The translations under genes and the position numbers were made by a program. Below the pieces are notes generated by a model, which did no database searches, had not been told where the DNA came from, and saw only the letters and a program-made list of their open reading frames with translations. A DNA stretch of 64,000 nt from Planctomycetota bacterium (GTDB lineage Bacteria > Planctomycetota > UBA8108 > SXIK01). Where the stretch lies: assembly GCA_965223845.1 (NCBI GenBank), contig CBDCXR010000004.1, forward strand, positions 1,344,001-1,408,000, in the 5' to 3' direction. This document shows, in pieces, positions 59,241 to 64,000 of this stretch; within the stretch, counting starts at the first letter, position 1; each line of letters begins with the position of its first letter.

Positions 59241-61502
59241 TTGACCCCGACGTCCACTCCCGCTCGTACTCCCTCCCGGCGAAAGCGCCGCCGGAAGCGC
59301 GCGCACGCTCCGTCCGCGGCGCCGAACACCGGCCGACGCCGCCTCCATCGTCTGCGCGGATCCGCCGTAATCCTCTGGATGCTCCTTGGGGTCGGAGTGT
59401 TTTTCTGGCGGGTTCTTCTTACGCCATCCCAGTTCTACCAGGGCGACACTCACGCCCTCCTCTACCCGATGAAGGAGCTCCTCGCGCGGGAGTTTTCACT
59501 CGGGCGCTGGCCGCTTTGGGACCCGCACTCGCTCTGCGGCTATCCGCTACTCGGAAGCTACATCTCCGGCGCGTTCGCACCGCAGAATCTGCTCTACTTC
59601 GTGCTCCCCTTCGGCGTCGCGTTCAAGCTGCTCATCGTCGGGAAACACATGCTCGGCGCGATCTTTCAGTACGCGCTCCTTCGCACTTGGGGAATCGGTC
59701 GAGTCGCGTCGGCCGCTGGCGGAGTCGCATTCGCGCTCAGCGGCCCTCTCCTCTCGATCAGCGCTTACGTCAGCTTCGCCTTCGAGTGCATTCCTCTCCT
59801 CGTGTTCGTTACCTGGCGCGTAGCGGAATCCGTGGACCAACGCGGCCGCGCGACGCTCTCGCGCTGGCTCGCTGCGGTTGCGGCGTTCGCCTTTGTCTTT
59901 CTGCAGGGGGATCTCCAGACGGCGTACACGGGCGCGGCCATCGCCGTCCTCGCCCCGATGTTCGCCGCACGGCGATCCTGGCGCACGAAGCTTCACGCCG
60001 CCGGCTCGAACCTCGCGGCCGGTTGCGTGACACTCGCGCTCGTCGGCGTACAGCTCCTTCCCTCGGCCGCGGTACTCGCCGATTCCGATCGAACTCACCT
60101 CGGCGACGAGCGCTTTGCCCACTCGCTCAGCATCGGTCAGCTCGCGGAGTTCATCGATCCGCGGGGCCTCGGAGAGCGCGCGTTCGCGACGGACTTCATC
60201 GCGTGTAAGTATCTGGGCGCGAGCGTTGTCATCCTAGCGGCCATCGGTCTCCTGCTCGCCTGTCGCCGCGGGGCCGGAAAGCGTCGGCGCGCGGCGCTGC
60301 TTCTCGTCCTCGGTGCGGGCGCATTCGTCCTAGCGCTCGGACGGAACGTTCCGCTCGTCGGTGCGCTCAGCGAGTGGATCCCGGGGATGTCGCTCTTCCG
60401 ATATCCGCAAAAGTGGATCGAGTTGCTTTCGTTCGCCGTCGCCGGCATGGCAGCGCTCGGCATCGCCTCGATTGCGCGCGGGAACTGGATTCGTGCGGCC
60501 GGCCTCCTCATCGTCGTCACTCTCGATCTCGGATTCGGCCTCAGTCCTTTCCTCAGCGCGCGGCTCGTCGACGGGAACGCGTACGGCGAGGCGTCGCAAC
60601 TCGATGTTGCTTCGGTCGTCCCGTCGTTCGATCCGTCGCAGCGGATTCTTCGCTTCCCGTCAGACGGTGCCATCGGTGGCTTCCGCGAGCTTCCGGATGC
60701 CGATCCGAAGCACGACCGGAGCGCGCGGATCGCATGGAACCAATCCACGCTCCTCGGCAATTCGGCCTCGCGCTCCGGGCTCCGGCGAGTGTCCGGGATC
60801 ACGTCGTTTCGCTACGACGTCGTCGAGGCGCTCTGGGAGTCTGCCGCGGAGAGCGGACGCGTCGGACGGCTGGCCGATCTCTTCGCCGCGGAGTGGCTCC
60901 TCTCGTCGGAGGTCGAGCTCGAAGACCCCCGGGTGCGCGCGATCGGGCTCGTCACGAAACGCGCGCGCCGGTGGACCATCCCTACGACTCATGGTGACGT
61001 CGTTCTTGTGGAGCGTGAGACCGCTCTCCCGCGCGTCCACGTGACGACGGAGATCGAAGGCGTGCCGGATCGCACCGCCGCGATTCAGCGCTTGCTCGAT
61101 GCTTCGTTCGACCCGAAGGCCGCCGTCGTCGTGCTCGATGCCGACGCGGCGGAGCTCCGCGGCGAGGGGACGGTCAAGGGGTCCGCGCGCCCCGCCGCCG
61201 GTCGCGCGTCCGTCGCGGTGGAGTCGCCGACGGAGGTCGTCGTCGACGTGAAAGGGAACCGCGGCGGCGGCTTCCTTCTTCTCAGCGATACCTTCGATCG
61301 GGGATGGCGAGTGAGCGTGAACGACGAGCCGGTCCGGATGGTGAGAGGGAATCTCTACGCTCGCTGCGTCGCGGTGCCCGACGGCGACTCCGTCGTCCGC
61401 TTCACCTATGCACCGGGCTCGTTTCGCTGGGGACTCGCGCTGAGTGCGCTCGCGATCGTCGGCCTGGCGGTGGGCATCGCTCTCCGAGTTCGGCGTCCGT
61501 AG
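59241..61502 (+). CDS. YfhO-family (GT-C-like) integral membrane protein
   Basis: GD....YP, PLWDPHSLCGYP, many TM helices, FRYPQKW and C-terminal LLLSDTFDRGW...V.FTYAP; TTG start after GAGG. Confidence 0.85.
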   Translation: MTPTSTPARTPSRRKRRRKRAHAPSAAPNTGRRRLHRLRGSAVILWMLLGVGVFFWRVLLTPSQFYQGDTHALLYPMKELLAREFSLGRWPLWDPHSLCGYPLLGSYISGAFAPQNLLYFVLPFGVAFKLLIVGKHMLGAIFQYALLRTWGIGRVASAAGGVAFALSGPLLSISAYVSFAFECIPLLVFVTWRVAESVDQRGRATLSRWLAAVAAFAFVFLQGDLQTAYTGAAIAVLAPMFAARRSWRTKLHAAGSNLAAGCVTLALVGVQLLPSAAVLADSDRTHLGDERFAHSLSIGQLAEFIDPRGLGERAFATDFIACKYLGASVVILAAIGLLLACRRGAGKRRRAALLLVLGAGAFVLALGRNVPLVGALSEWIPGMSLFRYPQKWIELLSFAVAGMAALGIASIARGNWIRAAGLLIVVTLDLGFGLSPFLSARLVDGNAYGEASQLDVASVVPSFDPSQRILRFPSDGAIGGFRELPDADPKHDRSARIAWNQSTLLGNSASRSGLRRVSGITSFRYDVVEALWESAAESGRVGRLADLFAAEWLLSSEVELEDPRVRAIGLVTKRARRWTIPTTHGDVVLVERETALPRVHVTTEIEGVPDRTAAIQRLLDASFDPKAAVVVLDADAAELRGEGTVKGSARPAAGRASVAVESPTEVVVDVKGNRGGGFLLLSDTFDRGWRVSVNDEPVRMVRGNLYARCVAVPDGDSVVRFTYAPGSFRWGLALSALAIVGLAVGIALRVRRP

Positions 61503-61667
61503 ACGCGTCGATCGGGGGTGGTGCTGGTCGCGCTGCGAGTTCGAAACATTCGCCGAACTCCGGCTGACTTCCGCCCGGCGGCTGCCCTCTGGTAGATTGG
61601 GAGGACCCGGAGCACGGCTCCGAGATCGCTTCTCGCGCCGCCCATCTCCCCACCGAGGACGGAATCC

Positions 61668-62987
61668 ATGAATCAGGGACGCTCTACGACTCGCCGGCGA
61701 TTTCTCTCCGCGTCGCTCGCCGCCGCTGCCGCCCCGCTCTACGTGCCCGCGCGGTTGCTCGGTGACGACGCGCCGAGCAAGAAGATCACGGTGGCGTTCA
61801 TCGGTACGGGAAACAATGGGACGAACTGGCTCCGGCCGTTCCTCGGCGACGCGCGCGTCCGAGTCGTCGCGGTGTGCGACGTCAATCGCGAGGGTGGTGG
61901 GTATTGGGGCGGGACGGTCCGCGGGCGCGAACCCGCGCGGAAACTCGTCGACGAGTTCTACAAGGATAAGAGCTGCGCGGCGTACGAGGATTTTCGCGAC
62001 GTTCTCGAACGCGACGACATCGACGCGATTTACATCGGAACGCCCGATCACTGGCACGCGCACATCGCGATCGCCGCCGCGGATCGGAAGAAGGATGTCT
62101 ACGGGCAGAAGCCGCTCTCGCTCACCGTCGCCGAGGGGAGGGCGATGGTGAAGGCGGTCCAGCGGAACAACATCGTTTGGCAAACTGGAAGTCAGCAGCG
62201 CTCGGATCGGAACTTCCGCCGGGCCTGCGAGCTCGTACGAAACGGTCGCATCGGAAAGCTCCACACGGTGCGATGCGGACTTCCGGGCGGAACTCCGGAC
62301 TACGGGAAGACGGCGCACCTCACGAAAACCGTCCCCGTTCCGAATGGATTCAATTACGACCTTTGGCTCGGGCCGGCCCCGGAGGCCCCGTTTTGTCCGG
62401 CGCGGGTCGGCGTGAATTTTCGCTGGGTGCTCGACTACTCGGGCGGCCAGCTCACCGACTGGGGCGGACACCATCCCGACATCGCACAATGGGGGATGGG
62501 AACGGAAACGTCGGGGCCCGTCGCGATCAAGAACGCGCGAGGGTCGTTCGCCGACGGGCCGGTTTACAACACGGCGACGGACTACTACTTCGAGTGCGAG
62601 TACGCGAGCGGCGTGAAGCTGATCATCAGCGACAAAGAGCGCGGCGGCGTCACCTTTGAAGGGACGGATGGCTGGGTGTGGGCGACTCGCGGGCGACACG
62701 ACGCGGAGCCGAAGTCCCTTCTCAAGGAAGAGATCGGGCCGAACGAGATCCACCTGTACCGAAGCGACAACCACGTGAAGAACTTCATCGACTGCATGGT
62801 GTCGCGAAAGGAGACCGTGGCGCCGATCGAGATCGCGCACCGTTCGATCACCCTCGCTCACCTCGGCAATATCGCGCTTCGGACCGGACGTGATCTCAAG
62901 TGGGACCCCGTCGCGGAGCGCATCGCCGACGATGAGGGCGCGAACGCACTCCTCTCGCGCGAGTATCGCGGACCGTGGCGGATCTGA
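61668..62987 (+). CDS. Tat-exported Gfo/Idh/MocA oxidoreductase
   Basis: TTRRRFLS Tat motif; TPDHWH, GQKPL, QTGSQQRS, WLGPAP and DWGGHH motifs. Confidence 0.92.
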   Translation: MNQGRSTTRRRFLSASLAAAAAPLYVPARLLGDDAPSKKITVAFIGTGNNGTNWLRPFLGDARVRVVAVCDVNREGGGYWGGTVRGREPARKLVDEFYKDKSCAAYEDFRDVLERDDIDAIYIGTPDHWHAHIAIAAADRKKDVYGQKPLSLTVAEGRAMVKAVQRNNIVWQTGSQQRSDRNFRRACELVRNGRIGKLHTVRCGLPGGTPDYGKTAHLTKTVPVPNGFNYDLWLGPAPEAPFCPARVGVNFRWVLDYSGGQLTDWGGHHPDIAQWGMGTETSGPVAIKNARGSFADGPVYNTATDYYFECEYASGVKLIISDKERGGVTFEGTDGWVWATRGRHDAEPKSLLKEEIGPNEIHLYRSDNHVKNFIDCMVSRKETVAPIEIAHRSITLAHLGNIALRTGRDLKWDPVAERIADDEGANALLSREYRGPWRI

Positions 62988-64000
62988 CTCGGGCGAGAGG
63001 GATCGCGTCGTCGACCGATCGCTCGTCGCGCCCGGAGGTCTGCGTTTCCCTCGCGCTCCTCTTCGCGTTCTCGGCGGGTGCGAGTCTCCGCGCCCAGGAG
63101 TGGAAGCGGAAGGAAGGGCGAGAGGACATCGTCGACATCGTCGTTGCGGGAAAGGCGGAAGCGACGGTGGAACGCGTCGAAAAATGGTTCGCGGCCGAGC
63201 CCGAGCGCACCGAGCCGCTCTTCGTGCTCGCAGCGGCGCACACGGCGCTGGGGGAGCTCGGTGCGGCGGTCAACTACGCGCGGCGTGCGCTCGCGGCGGG
63301 CGTTCCGGCCGAGCGTTTTTTCGCGGGACCGGCCGAGCTCGTCGGGCGGCTCGTCGCGACGCCGGAGTTCCAGCGCGCAGTGAACGGCGAGACACCGGTT
63401 CTCCTCCACGGACCGATGGTCGGCTCCGTCACGGAGTCGTCGGCGCGGTTTTGGGTGCGGACAACGCGCGAGATTTCGGTCGGTGTCGTTCTGCGTGCGG
63501 TCAACTCTGCGAGCGAGACGGGCGGCGGCGCGGCGGAGAGTGTTTCGGCCGAGGTGTTCACCAAGGCCGAGCGCGACCGTACTGCGGTCGTGACTGCGGG
63601 AGGGCTTCGACCGGATACGGAGTACGAGTACTCGCTCGTCCTCGACGGAGAGCGCCAGACCGTTCGTCATCGGCTCCGGACCTTCCCACCGGCGGGACGA
63701 CCGGCTCGATTCGCCGTTGCGTTCGGTGGCGGTGCCGCGTTCACACCGGAGCGCGAGTACGTGTTCACGACGATCGCCGGTCGGAAGCCGGTCGCGTTTC
63801 TTCAACTCGGCGACAATGTGTACATCGACGAACCGGAGAGCCGCGTCGTGCAGGAGTACTGCTACTACCGCCGGCAGTCGTCGTCGGCCTACCGCGGGCT
63901 CGTCGCCTCGACGTCCATCGCCGCGATCTGGGACGATCACGACTTCGGCGACAACGATTGCTGGGGCGGCCCCGAGATCGAAACGCCGCCGTGGAAGCGG
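62975..64000 (+). CDS. Alkaline phosphatase D-family protein with N-terminal TPR-like region (runs off the window end)
   Basis: Manual translation gives HGPMVGSVT..SARFWVRT, LQLGDNVYID and AIWDDHDFGDND; frame stays open to 64000, so it is absent from the ORF track. Start uncertain. Confidence 0.85.
   Translation, partial: MADLTRARGIASSTDRSSRPEVCVSLALLFAFSAGASLRAQEWKRKEGREDIVDIVVAGKAEATVERVEKWFAAEPERTEPLFVLAAAHTALGELGAAVNYARRALAAGVPAERFFAGPAELVGRLVATPEFQRAVNGETPVLLHGPMVGSVTESSARFWVRTTREISVGVVLRAVNSASETGGGAAESVSAEVFTKAERDRTAVVTAGGLRPDTEYEYSLVLDGERQTVRHRLRTFPPAGRPARFAVAFGGGAAFTPEREYVFTTIAGRKPVAFLQLGDNVYIDEPESRVVQEYCYYRRQSSSAYRGLVASTSIAAIWDDHDFGDNDCWGGPEIETPPWKR

Overview
This is a high-GC, TCGA/CG-rich bacterial window. 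I infer Planctomycetota, probably an uncultured lineage, from the Cys-containing dockerin-like C-terminal tails, the sulfatases, an LTD-CotH protein and a stand-alone rpsR. Bases ~300-23,000 are a surface-glycan locus. It holds GT2/GT4/WecB-TagA glycosyltransferases, a polysaccharide deacetylase and galE. It also holds a complete GDP-heptose pathway (gmhA, gmhB) with two HddA-like kinases and two HddC-like nucleotidyltransferases. Embedded in it is a 2144-aa single-module type I PKS (KS-AT-KR[DH inserted]-ACP-TE). The locus ends with a degenerate nucleotidyltransferase-fold protein next to a priming phosphoglycosyltransferase that carries a similar degenerate domain. Bases ~23,000-64,000 are a mixed region. 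Four secreted proteins there share a dockerin-like tail, and two of them also carry a cohesin-like domain. The region also has two sulfatases, a PhyH dioxygenase, two MFS transporters, an EcxA-type metzincin with a K/E/D tract, a ZnT9-like CDF transporter, DUF899 plus a methyltransferase, rpsR, DUF4912, a PhnP-like hydrolase, two Gfo/Idh/MocA oxidoreductases, an MFP with two RND pumps, YfhO and a truncated PhoD. I recognised no rRNA, tRNA, CRISPR array or transposase. All calls come from reading motifs by eye; no database searches were run.
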